A stretch of DNA of 64,000 bases from positions 82,896,001 to 82,960,000 of the forward strand of contig NC_045696.1 of NCBI RefSeq assembly GCF_009834535.1, given 5' to 3'. Shown one piece after another: positions 1-12,955 of this stretch. A program made the translations under genes and the position numbers. Each line of letters begins with the position of its first letter. Positions within the stretch are counted from its first letter, which is position 1. This DNA is from Camelus ferus. Lineage: Eukaryota. The notes under the pieces were generated by a model. The model made no database searches. It was not told the DNA's origin and worked only from the letters and a program-made list of their open reading frames with translations.

Positions 1-1138
1 AAATGGAATTAAAAGAGACATGATTAATAATGAACTCCAAAGAAACAGTGATATCATAATCCTCTCTTCCAGTGATCTCGCTTGTGTATCTAAGCAGCAT
101 TCCCCAACAGAGACAACCGTACTGTTTGACAGTCTTGCGGGATGTTGTCTCTTTAACCTCACTATTTCCGAGAAGCCACCGAAAAGTTCTAATATGTCAC
201 AATTCAAATGTCAACATGTTGTTGGAAAGGAAGCTAATAAGTTAAACCTTTGAGAGATGCCAAGAGAAGAGGTGATTCAAACTGTTGAGAGAAGTCCATT
301 GTTTTCTAAGGGGAAATGGAACTCTAGAATGAAACGGGGTACTTATAAGCGTTTAACTGGAAGGGTTAGGAGAAAAAAGCAAACGGACGCTCATTTTTTT
401 TTTTTTTTTTAATCTGGTAACTTTTTGAGTAGAACTATGCCTCTCAGCATACTTCCAAAGAAAGGAAAATGTGAAGATTAGGGTTAATAAGATACAAGCT
501 GTAAACTTGCTGGTTTTCATAGAAACAGCACATTACAAGGTGTAATTTTCCTGAGACGGTCTGGATTCTACATATAGATAGAGATAAAGAATCTTAGATT
601 AAATTATAACGTATCAGAGTAACATTTTATGTTTGGCATTATTTTCTATAAACCAACTTGATGTCATTAAATTACTGTTGCCTGAAAAAAAAAGATTTTA
701 TTTTGACAGGGAAGAAACTAATCAGAAAATTCTCCTTGAGTTATTTTTTGAATTTAGCACAATTTTATGCTCTGGGCTTTTTAAAGAAAAATAAACAATT
801 GGACTTCAGAGCCACCTACTGGAATGAAGAGGCACGTACTTATGCTTAATGTCCTCTGTTTTTCGAAAGATAAACAAACAGATAAATATAATTAAAGTTA
901 TGCATGTTTCTGTTGAGCTTAAAAGACATTAAATTATTCAGCTTTTCTCAATTTCTAAAATCAAGTGGTTCTGAAAAAAAGCTACAGTTAGAGGAATGTC
1001 TTCTCAAAATAAATCCTTCCCACCTACTAGGGTGTACCAGTTTGTGTTATGTGATTTTTCTTCCCGTTGGATCAAGACTGAGCAGAATTAAATCCCTAGT
1101 TTTGTTGTTGTCGTCGTTGTTGCTTTTGGTGGTATTTG

Positions 1139-1202
1139 TGCTTGTGTGTGTGTGTGTGTGAGAATGTAACTGCTTGTGTGTGTGTGTGTGTGAGAATGTA
1201 AC
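1139..1202. repeat. Perfect 32-bp tandem duplication containing a (TG)n microsatellite
   Basis: tgcttgtgtgtgtgtgtgtgtgagaatgtaac occurs at 1139-1170 and 1171-1202. Confidence 0.95.
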
Positions 1203-1365
1203 TGATCTCATTTTCCCCAGTTAACTAACTTTATTTTTTTCTTCCATAATCTCTATCTGGTTACAGAATTGTTTTTTTTTAATAGTCTTAGGATAAAATT
1301 TAAAACCAAGAATACTTTATGGTAAAATGAATAAGCACCTTAAATGGTTTCATGGTTAAATTCCT

Positions 1366-1450
1366 ATTTTTATTGAGATATAATTGACATATAACATTAT
1401 ATTAGTTTCAGGTGCACAACATAATGACTCAGTGTTTGTATATGTTGCAA
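1366..1450 (-). mobile_element. LINE-1 3'-end fragment
   Basis: tttttattgagatataattgacatataacattatattagtttcaggtgcacaacataatga is the antisense L1 3' terminus typical of laurasiatherians. Confidence 0.8.
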
Positions 1451-2366
1451 ACTAGAATTAAATGATTTTATGAATGAAGAAACCCTGAAGCCTGGACAAG
1501 TAAATTGGGCAATGACTTACTTAAGGTCACAGAGCTGGTCAGGGAAGAGGTAGGCAGCTCTTGGAAATTATAGGTCAGGGTTTTTTCCACATTTACCCCA
1601 CTGCTTTTTAGTCAGTCATTAATGGATTTATTAAATCCTTCCTCTCATCAGCATTTTGCTGGAAAGTAAGAGGAATAAGCACCACCCCCAAACCTTGGTA
1701 AATGAGTCAATTGAAGGCGTAATGCCTGCTTTCGAAGAGTGGGATCAGGAGCTGGGTGATGAAGGCAGGTCCTGGATCTGTGAGTACCACTTCTGATTGG
1801 TAAGAGAGGGATTGAGTTTTTAAGAAACAAATGTTCTTTTTTGACTAGGTTCTCTACAGCTCTTGCTGTCATGATCCTTTATGTTGTGTCTCTCCAACCT
1901 ATAACCTTAGAAGCACCTTGCTGAGAAGGTGCTCCTTTTAAGGACATGTTGCAGGGGGTGATGGTGCCCCTTAGCTGGGCCACTGCTGGAAAACAGAGGA
2001 CACGTTCAACTCTATGAGTATGTGTGTGGTTCGGCAGAGTCAGGAATTCAGAGCAGGGATAGTGCTTTGTTAAACATTACACAGGGTGGGTGTGACACAG
2101 CAAGTCTTGCATTAAGAAAATTTGATTTGTGAAGTGGGAGTTGGAAAAAAAGATTTGTGAATTGGTATGAGAGTCACAGCTTTCCATGTGCCATCAGAGG
2201 GCTCATTTTCAATGTATAAAACAGGAAGTCATAGTTCTTTTGATGAAAAGAAAAAGGAGTATTTTTGTTAAGGTGTGGGAAAATGTAGAGTTATCTTAGT
2301 GTATATGTTGCCCTTTTAAATACTCACTTCTCTTTCTCTCTTTCCCACCCCACCTGTCTTTTGAAG

Positions 2367-2469
2367 ATATTTTATAGAGTAGTGGCAGACATCGCCCCGG
2401 GAGAGGAGCTCCTGCTGTTCATGAAGAGTGAAGACTATCCCCATGAAACTATGGCGCCAGATATCCACG
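2367..2469 (+). CDS. MECOM: MECOM coding exon (103 nt): end of PR domain (IFYRVVADIAPGEELLLF) and EVI1 start codon at 2421
   Basis: Pyrimidine tract + ttgaag acceptor; donor G|gtcagt; translates IFYRVVADIAPGEELLLFMKSEDYPHETMAPDIH. Confidence 0.97.
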
Positions 2470-3999
2470 GTCAGTACCGCCCATGCCACCGTCAGCCTCA
2501 CTTGGAGGCGGTGATGGCGCCTGTAGAAGGGCCCATCACACTTGGTGTTTGTTAGTTTCCCCGGCTACTCAGTGTCAGTTCTAACAAATCCCTTCTCATA
2601 GAGGGGCTCTGTTCTTGGTTTGCCATCTGGCTGATACTACAGTGAAGGTAAAGTAAGCAGAGGTCTTCTCTGAAATGGAGGTCAAAGGAATTTTGAATAT
2701 TTAGACTGAGACATCACCTAGTTACACTTTTTGTCAATGCCTTAGGCTGTGGTGAGAATCCTTTCACTGTGCAAAAGTCATTTCAGGGAGCTTGGTTTGG
2801 GGCTTTTATAAATCTAACAGCTGTTCCTCCCATCTAATGTTCTGTTGCTGAGAAAAGTATTTCTACCTGAGTAAAATCCTCGCCAGTGCGACCATATGGA
2901 AGGGAATTTGGGGGATGAGAATTGGGAGTCTAGTACAGATGAAGACATTTCACAGCCAGAGGAATTTATATTTGTCAGAGAATCTATTCTACATCAAAGA
3001 AGGTGGGATCAAAAAGAATTATAATTACTAGTGATGTATATTCAGGTAGGATTAAAAGGCAATTTTATTCATCTTGAATTATATCACTGGGATGAGAATG
3101 TAATACTTTTTTCTTTTTCTTTCCTATTTCTCTCTCTTAATATAATGTGGTTTGATTCAGCATAATCTAGTGGTGTCTTCTGAGCGTTGTATAGTTGGAA
3201 AGAGCACTGGGAAGGGTCACCCATCCCCACCTGCCTGAGCGGTGGGGATCGCTCCACTTCCCATCTCTCTGGCATTCTGGACAGGGGAACCTCAGCCTCT
3301 GCTTCTGCAGCTCCTGCAAAGGAAGCTGCCACTATTGGCTGGCTCTTTACTTGAATGTTTTTCCCTTTGGCTGAGCTGCATTCTGCCTCTTTATAAATTA
3401 TACCAGTTGTATTTTGGGGAGCCTTTTGGAAATTATTTTCTTCTTAGAAACTGTGACAAGTAAATGGCTTTAGAAACCCAGAGTTGTCAACAAGCCTGGT
3501 GGAGTCTGAGCCTGAATGGGGAGTCTGACCCAGTGGGAAAGGGCTCTTTGACAAGGGGGAGTGCTTAGATGATCATAAAAAACGTAACTTGGGCCTTCCC
3601 TGGTACAAGGCATCTTTCATCATTGAATGGTAGCAGTAAAAAGTTTTCAAACAATTATTTTTTTTTAAAGTATAAGTGCTTAGGTTACTATTCTAGAAAA
3701 CTTAAATAGAGATGACTATTACTGTATTAGGGCTACCATTCATAAATCACATGCCTTTGCAACACTCTTGAACCCACCAGGTGCTTTTCATTTTCAATGT
3801 GTCATATCCATATCCTTACATATATCAGATATGTTACATATAATGTTTATATTGTTTAAATGGTGATTTGTATTTCATACTTCTAGGATTTAATGTTTCT
3901 TAGGAAAGAGAAAATAAAACATGCTTTGTATACCTACTGTATGATAGATATCGAATGCTCTCCATTTATTAACTCATTTCATCTTTTAGACATAGATCA

Positions 4000-4150
4000 A
4001 ACCTGTAAGAAAGGAATTATTTCCGTTTTACAGATAGGGAAACTGAGGCTACATCAGGCTGAGTGAATTGGCCAAGATCAGATGGACAGAAAGTGGTAGA
4101 GTCAGCATTCAAATTAAGGTCTTGCTTGTCTCTAAAAGCTATGCCTCTCC
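4000..4150. mobile_element. MIR SINE
   Basis: MIR core ttttacagatagggaaactgaggct...ggccaagatca. Confidence 0.8.
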
Positions 4151-4639
4151 ACGTATTATGTGGCTTGGAGGTTCTGTTTGTGTTCCGACTGCTGGCTGAG
4201 ATCCTAAATTTAGATCTTAAACGTGTGACTAGTGTCACAGGCTATAGGAAACATTTCCATTACCCAGTTTATGTCGTTGAGAAACTTGTCTTTAAAGCTA
4301 AGGTGATTTAAGAATACCTCCCTCTTCTTTAACACTCTAAGTCCAAAGTTGACAAACCCTAGAATCTGAATACTAACTTTTTTACCTTTCTGGCCCCCAT
4401 ATTATTGGTTTTAGTTAAAATAAACCAGTATCATACGTGGATAATAGCCACGACATCCCATTCGACCTCTCTGCTGGGCTTCTCGCGCTGCAGCGGGGCA
4501 TTCCGACTTTCAGTGGCCCATCTTAGCACGGACCTAAAAAGCCCGTAGTGGCCTGCTAACCTCTCTGACTTCATCGCCCCCAGACGTGCACCCTATAAAC
4601 CTACCGTACTTCCCCACAGCGTTGCCTTTCACGAGCCCG

Positions 4640-4945
4640 CCATGTCCTTTCCTGCCTTCATCATTGGTCCATGCTCTTCCTGCTGCTTGAAACAGCCTCC
4701 CTCCTCCCACTTCCCCTGGCTGACTCTTATCCATTACCAAGCCTTTTCGGAACCTCTCTCCTGCAAGATAGACAGGTTTGGCACATTCCTCTGGGCTCCC
4801 TTGCATGCATCTGTCATAAAACATGTTCCACTCTGTTATTCACTTGTGTATCCCCTTGAGTTTCTTATGTATTCATTCCTTAGCAAAATGCCTAGCATTC
4901 GATGGGTGACTGAAATATTCCCTCAAAAACATTCAGTCAGTGAAT
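4640..4945. mobile_element. Probable L2 LINE 3' fragment
   Basis: Pyrimidine-rich decayed L2-like text ending tgcctagcattc...cagtgaat. Confidence 0.45.
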
Positions 4946-5399
4946 CACTGGCTGCAGGCCTGTACCGCAGGGGTTGTGGATCACGTTGTCGTCCTCGGTG
5001 TCTTTCTGCTTTGTGAGCGTCTTTTGAGACTTCTGTGATTAGTCTGTGTGATCAGAGTGCAGTATGGCCTGACGAGTGACCCCAAACCCTTTCAGTGGAG
5101 AGAACAGAAAGCACACCATCACGGCCTGACACCTGATCGCCTTGCTATCTCTAGTCCCCACCATTATCATTTATTTATTTTACTGATTTAAAGTGCAAAT
5201 TCATGATACGCTGGCTATTTAACAAAGCCATGCCTATTAGCACTGACCCTGGGGAAACATAAATGAGCCTAGGAGAGTACCAAAAACAGGCTGTGTCCCA
5301 CTATAAGTAATGATGAATGTTAAAGTGTTTCCAAGTGTACCGATGTTAGCCAGGCTTAAGTGTGGCTCAGACAGGGCTCTGTCCCTTGTACCTTCCAGG

Positions 5400-5630
5400 T
5401 AATGTAGCCGAATGAGAGGGGTACAGATTCAAACAGAGATGGGTTCAAATTCTGACATAACCACTTATCTCTACAAGCCCCGACTCGTTACCAAACTTCT
5501 CTGAGCTTCAGTACACTCATCTGAAAGTTGGAATAAATACCCAACATATAATTCTTCACCATCAGGTTTTTAGGAATATCAATAATCCATGTACAGGATT
5601 GAGGAAATAGATGATGCTCAGTGAGTGGTC
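5400..5630. mobile_element. MIR SINE
   Basis: gggttcaaattctgac...cttctctgagcttcagt...ctcatctgaaa. Confidence 0.7.
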
Positions 5631-5896
5631 CTTATTACTTTTCATATCTTGTGAATATTAAACCCTGGAAGGGTGTAGTCATGAGGTTTTATCTGATAAG
5701 AAGGGTGCAGGGCAGCCGAAGCAAGCACTTATTTATCCTTCTAGGCTTTGTCCTCGTTTCTTTACACGTACTATTTCTAGTCCACGTTAAAATGGAAGTG
5801 GTGGAAAGGACAACCAAATTGCCTCTATTATGTCTTCCCTAATTCAGTGAGAACTGCGGTTTGCGGCGGCACTTCCTGGTCGTCTAGCCCTAGTAA

Positions 5897-6301
<405 letters not shown>

Positions 6302-6479
6302 TGACAGTTGGAATTAGTTATTTTGATGCCAAATAGAAAATATGTTTACTATTATTTAAGCAGGGTTATTGACATCTGAAAGTTTAACCGTATAGTAAAC
6401 CATAACTTAGAGGAAGAATTAGGAGTGCTAACTGGGAGTAACAATGAGGCTAATTAATCTAACTACATACCAAACAGTA

Positions 6480-6570
6480 GATGATACATTTAGATGATAT
6501 CATTTAGATATCATCTAAATGTATTTAGATGATAGTAAAAACATTTAGAAACATTTAGATGATAGTAAAA
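6480..6570. repeat. Local palindrome plus direct repeats of ATTTAGATGATA
   Basis: 18-bp perfect inverted arms at 6484-6501 and 6507-6524; 18-bp direct repeat at 6523-6540 and 6553-6570. Confidence 0.95.
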
Positions 6571-9194
6571 GACTATTCTGGTCCTAATGAAAGATAGATG
6601 GTCTTCTGATAGATTCGTATAATTGATGGATTTAGTTTCAACTATGTCTCTAAACTGCACACATATAAAAGAAGCATGCTCAGTGAGGAAAATGTTGAAT
6701 TTTCTAAAAGGGAAAAAATAAACATGACCTAAATGAAATGATTCTTTAATTCTTATTTTTAACAAAAAGAAAATCATATTTCCGTGATGTATTAACTGTT
6801 TATAGCCTTTTTAATTTAATTCAAGAACATTTTTATTTTTATTAAAGAAAACAATAACCCTGGAACCTGTGTTTTGAAAACTGTATTGATAATTAGGCTA
6901 CAAAACGGTCTTTCAGATCAGAGAAGTGTTTAACCAGCTAATAAGTTTTTTTCTTTGTTTGTTTGTTTCTACCTCAGTTTTTTTGCCTTGGTCCGCAAAC
7001 AATTTTAATAATTGCATTCATTACTTTGCTTTTAAATCTGGAACCTATAATCAGAATTTCAACGGAACATTACTTTATTTAAATGGGCATGGCAGTGTAT
7101 CAACGAGCCTTTTTCAACGGTGTGAATTACTCACAGTTTGTCTTGGACACTCCACCTATTTCAGTTTACCTTTTTGTTTTCATCCTTAGGGCCTCCTCTT
7201 CCTCCTTCTCTGTTTCACTTCTGTTGACTGCCCTGCATCTCTCCTCATGGGAAAGGATTTCACGTGGCAGTCATTCATTTTAATGCACAGATGGCTAAAA
7301 GGGCATCAAGTAGTAACCCCTTCCCCAAGGAGACCAAGTCCAAAGAATGAATCTCTATAGCCTTGAAAATTCAGGCCTAATTTAGCTATTAGAGAGAACA
7401 TTTGAGGACTGACAGGGCTTTCCCAGCACCCTTTAAACTCATCTTTACTACTTGATATAAATCCACAGAGAGAATAAATCTGTTATCTGTGTTTTGTAAA
7501 ACACCAATTTATAGTTAAAAATGTCACAGCACACCTCCTAAATATATTGTGTCCAAATTAAAAACCAAAATGAAACTAATAAATACCAACAGGTAAGAAA
7601 AGTGTTTATACTGTAAAGCAAAAGCTCTGATGCCAGAGGGTGAGTCTATTTTCTTCTATTTTGTTATCAAAGATAAAGGACAGCACTGTAAAGTAAACAT
7701 CGACAGACTAAACCCTCGAACGTTGTATATGGCAGCACTTCCTAGGGGGAGAAAGCGTCTCACTCTGACTAGGTGTAAGATTAAGCCTGTGTCCTCTCTA
7801 CTGAATGCCAAACCAACTGTCAGTTTAGTTCTTTTGGTCAAACATTCAGTAGGAAATAAGGATGCCTAATTACCTGGCGCTGGATAAACCCTCAGAGCTC
7901 TCTTTTTGGAAGCATGGCCAGAGGGATAGAGCAGGTCACCATTCACCATATTGTCAATCATCTAAGTGATATTTTGGGTTATCTAATTTAGCCAGTGTAG
8001 AACCTACATGCCCTGAGTATTTTCTACTTTATTGAACCCAATATTGTTGCTTTATATGTGAAACAAATGAGAAATCTATTCTAGACATAATAGGTTATTC
8101 TATTCTGTATCTTTTTGTGTAAAATATTGAGAAAGGAATACCACCCTCCAAAAAGCAGGTGTGGGGGGAACAAGAAACAAAGGTTGATATGCAGAAGATG
8201 GAAAGAACCCAGAAGGCTAAGCAAAGCTTTATAAATTGGGATAAAATTCTATGAAAAGTGAAGTTTCACGAATGACCGACTGGCCACTTCTATGTTTATG
8301 AAAGGAATGTACATTTGCTTTTGTGAGAACCACTTGCCTTTGTATTTTCTATCACTGATTAGCTGATAGCTGATCATTCTACGGCGCAACACGGGGTTTA
8401 CGCTAGATTAGAAGAAGCAAAGCAAAGAAAATTCCCTTGCTTTGCTCTCTTTATTTTCCTCTTTTGTGTCACGTCCTATGCTCTTAAATCAATATCATAC
8501 CCTTGGAGTTAGAAGACAAGAATAAGACTCAGTGTAGAGGACAATCTTTTATCACTAGGTTTCAGAGTTTATGACTTGAGATACACATTGGAATATAATA
8601 TATATCACAAAATGGCATGTCGTGATGGTTTGCTGGAGACCACGGTGAGAACAGCCGTCCGTACAAGGATTTGGGAAGATGTCCTGGACTCAGTTCAGTG
8701 TTACTGCTGTTGTTGATCTCTCTCTCCTAGCTCTCTTACTAACATTTCAACTTGTGGAACAAACAGAGGATTACATATTGTAGATAAAGATAGGGCAGTT
8801 CTCGTGACTCCACACACCTGTGCTCTCCTAGTACCTTTTGTTCGCAGCGAAATCGCCCTTGGTGCTCAAACAGAACAGCGTTACCAAGCTGACTGACTCA
8901 TAGGGCAGGGAGAATGCGTTTATGTGCCAATATGAACAGGACTGGAAGGAGGAAGCTGGTGAAGAGAAAAAGAAATATGGAAAGGTGTTTCTGATGTATC
9001 AAGATGTGAGGAAGGGCATTGCATTTTTTCACACACATTGGCCACACACACAGCGTATACAAGCACTGAGTAGTATCGTCTAGGTGCACAGAGGTCTTAC
9101 CTGATTCTTAAATTTAGAGTGTTTATCTCACAGGAAAATGGAACACGAGAAAGAAAGGGTGCTCGCATGCCTGGTAGTGTTTCTTAATGCCTTT

Positions 9195-10345
9195 TTGTTA
9201 AGGAAGTTTTCATATATACACAAAACTAGAGAGGATGGTTTGATAACCACCCCGCCATATACTCAGGTTTAGTAATTATCACACAAGGCCAGTCTTGTTT
9301 CAGCTCTACTCGTTTTGGATTATTTGAAACAAATCCTGGACATTATGTCATTTTATTCATAAATAGTTCAGTGTGTATCTGTAGAAAGTGAGGACTATAA
9401 AACATAACCTCACTTTAAAAATAATGGTTCCTTACTATTACCACATTTCAGTCAGTGGTCAAATTCCCCCAGTTATTTTATTATTTTTACAGGTTTTTTT
9501 TTGTTTGTTTGAATTCAGATCAGAATAAGGCCCATTGCTGTGATTGGTTGACATGTATCTTATATTTCTTAATTTATAGGTTGCCTCAGTCAAAGTCAGT
9601 AAACCTCCCTCCGTCTCTCTCATTACAGTTTATGTATAGAAGAAACCGAGTGGTCCTTCCTGTAGCATTTCCTCCAGTCTGTATTCTGCTGATGATGTCC
9701 CCTTGGTATTTTTAACATCCCTCTCCATCCTCCGTATTTCCTGTATACTTGTAGTTACATCCCAGGCCTTGAGCAGATTTAGGCTCAGTGTTTTGGGAGG
9801 AATACCTCATTGATGGTGTCATCTGTTTCCATCAGGAGGCATGTGATGGATTGCCTAGATTCATTCATTCTTTAGGGGTTCCAAGATGAATGTAGTCTAA
9901 TTCCATCACTCTTTCATTATTTATTACCTGGATTAATTTTATGCAGAGGAACTTCCCCTCATTGTTTGTTTGCTCACCCTGAAGCAGAGTTCGTACAGGG
10001 AAGGCAGGATATGTGCATGAGTTTTTCCCTTTATCTACTGGTTTTCAGAGTGATGGTTTGGCGTCTCAGTGTCTTCCAGGGGTAACTGGTGAGCCCCCTT
10101 CATGTGGTTTTTAGTATCACTATTGTTAAGAGATGAGATTAATTACTCTTACTGGTGCTTAAATTTTCCCATCTTTGGTCGGTGGGTGTCTCTTCAGGTT
10201 GGCATTCCCATTCTTTTGACATGATCTATAACTTTCTTGCTTTTTTGGCATATCAAGATGTTCAAGACCCATCTTGTGTATTTCGTGCTTCAAATTTGAA
10301 ACAGACTATTTTTCTAAGGAGTTCTGGTTACTTTATTGGGGAGTA
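9195..10345 (-). mobile_element. Old L1M-type LINE 3' region fragment
   Basis: Decayed text such as catatatacacaaaactagagagg..., aaatcctggacattatgtcatttt and tttgaattcagatcagaataaggcccattg resembles ancient L1M 3'UTRs. Confidence 0.6.
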
Positions 10346-10629
10346 GTATCCTAGCATGGGATGTGTGTTTATTTAACCAAAATGTTGCAAACATCTTCTG
10401 AATATCACAGTAATCCATTATCTATATCTGCTTTTCATTATACTCATACAGAGTTCATATTCAAATTGTTTAGAAAGGAGAGAGAAACATGTGATAAGGT
10501 AAAGTAGTCTAAGCTTTAAAACATTGAGAAACTATGCTCGTGAAAAACTTCTAACCATGTTTTTCTTTTGAGGGGCTTTACTAGTGCACCACTTATTATA
10601 CACTTTTTTTCCTTCCCTAATTTATAGGT

Positions 10630-10637
10630 TGTGTGTG

Positions 10638-10676
<39 letters not shown>

Positions 10677-10677
10677 A
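10630..10677. repeat. Compound (TG)n(TA)n(TG)n microsatellite
   Basis: Directly visible dinucleotide runs. Confidence 0.95.
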
Positions 10678-11298
10678 TTTCTATATGTTACATATACCTT
10701 TCTATATAATGTTTATATCTACATCTATATCTAGACACATATATATCCATTCCTGGGTCCATCTGTCGGACCGTCCATGATATTGGTTATAGGAGGAGGT
10801 TACTTGTTGAATACTTAGCTTACAGCTCACTTTCCCATATGGTGATACGGGTAGGAATAAAAGTCCTTTTTGAATGTAGGGGTTAAATACATTAGATAGA
10901 ATAGTTTCCTGCATGTTCTGAAGCATTTTTTTTTAACGTTTTCTGTTTGAGTGTCTGTGTTTGAATTAAGTGGCTCTCAGCAATACGTGTTGCAGTTAGA
11001 ACTGTGTAGTGAAGCCAGAACTGGACAAATGGCTAGTTGTTTATCATGCCCCTAAATTGGCAACTACTCCCTGCTAGCTGAATCAGATTTATTTTCCAAC
11101 AACAGGGATACTTCTCTGGATTGCTGAGAAACACCGTCTAGGGAACATAAAATGTGCTTTTGTCTGTTGCAAGCCTGTTTCCTCTCTTTCCTCCTTGCCT
11201 CAACTCCTTTCCCTTCTCATTTCTTTAATTGCCAGTTGGATTAGTGATAAAATGACGTTCTGTTTATGAATGTGTTCTTAGTCACCATGTCTTATTAA

Positions 11299-11472
<174 letters not shown>

Positions 11473-12739
11473 TGAATTTGTGGACTACTTGGCCTCTCTC
11501 TGTCATCCCGCTCTCTCTTAATCCATCATTTGCTACGATATATAAAAACAAGCCTTGAGAGGGGAAACTATAAATATCTTGAGAAAAGTAGACTGAGTGT
11601 TGTATGCTAAAAGGCATTAGTACAGTGTATAAAAACACTTAGTGGGTATCCTTTTATTTTTGTAAGGGAGGAAGTGAGGCTTAATGGTGAGTTCCAGAAC
11701 TAGGTGTCAGACATCCTTGGTAAATTCTTGGTTCCGCTACTGGCTTTCCAGCATGGGGTTGTTTTATAGCCTTATGGAGAATGAAAATTTTATCCAGTGC
11801 ACATTGCTGATTTCTTTTAATAGCAATTTGTGAGGAAGTCACATAAAGTTTCTGAATGCCTATTCAGAAAGAAGAATGGGAGACTCCTACATTTGCAGAT
11901 TTTTCCACCCAAGTCCCCACCATAAATTATGACTTGGTTCTAATTAAAAGTGCAGCGCTTTAGTGGCCAGGGCTGAGCAACTTCAGGGTGAAATGAAGGC
12001 GCTCCACCTTGACCGTCCCTCTGGACTTCGGGAACAGCAATTCACATCATTGGATTTTTGTGTTTCTCAATTAACTAAAAGATGTCCTGGTGTCATGAAG
12101 ATTGATTTCTATTTCTAAAAACTTTTCCCAGCATTTGACCGTCTTTTCTCCTGCCAGTAGAAACTGTGACGTTCAAAATTGTCTTGAGATGTGTTGCTCC
12201 CTGATGTGTGGGTAGCTTTTTCTTTTTGTTTGTTTGTTTTTTCAGTACGATGTCCAAAGGAATGATTTTAGCTTAATGGTAACTTGATGAAACATAGTGT
12301 TAGAATTTAACCCGTAGGGGAACTCACTGAATAGTTTTGGGATACTTTAGTCAAAATCCCCCCAATTTTGGACATAGTGTATCTTTGTTTAAAGGATGGA
12401 AATTGCGCACCATTTTAATAATATCAGGGCCAATATTTTATTATTCAACTCCATTCACTCTGAATAGGACCAAAAAGGCCTTGCCTATGGTCTACTAATG
12501 TCAATAAGTATTTTGTTCAGCTGATACCCATGGATCCTTTGTGCAAAGGATACAGAGCTGAGTCACTGACAGTCCTGACCGTAGAGAGGCTCACACTTTG
12601 GAAATAAGAATGTCATTTGGTCTTTGGGGAAAACAAATAAAAATAAAACAAATACACACAGTTCCTTCCTGAGTCGTTCCGGTCTTCTTGCTTGCGTCCC
12701 TGAATCAAGTTTCGTGATTAATCAGTACTCATTTCCTAG

Positions 12740-12955
<216 letters not shown>

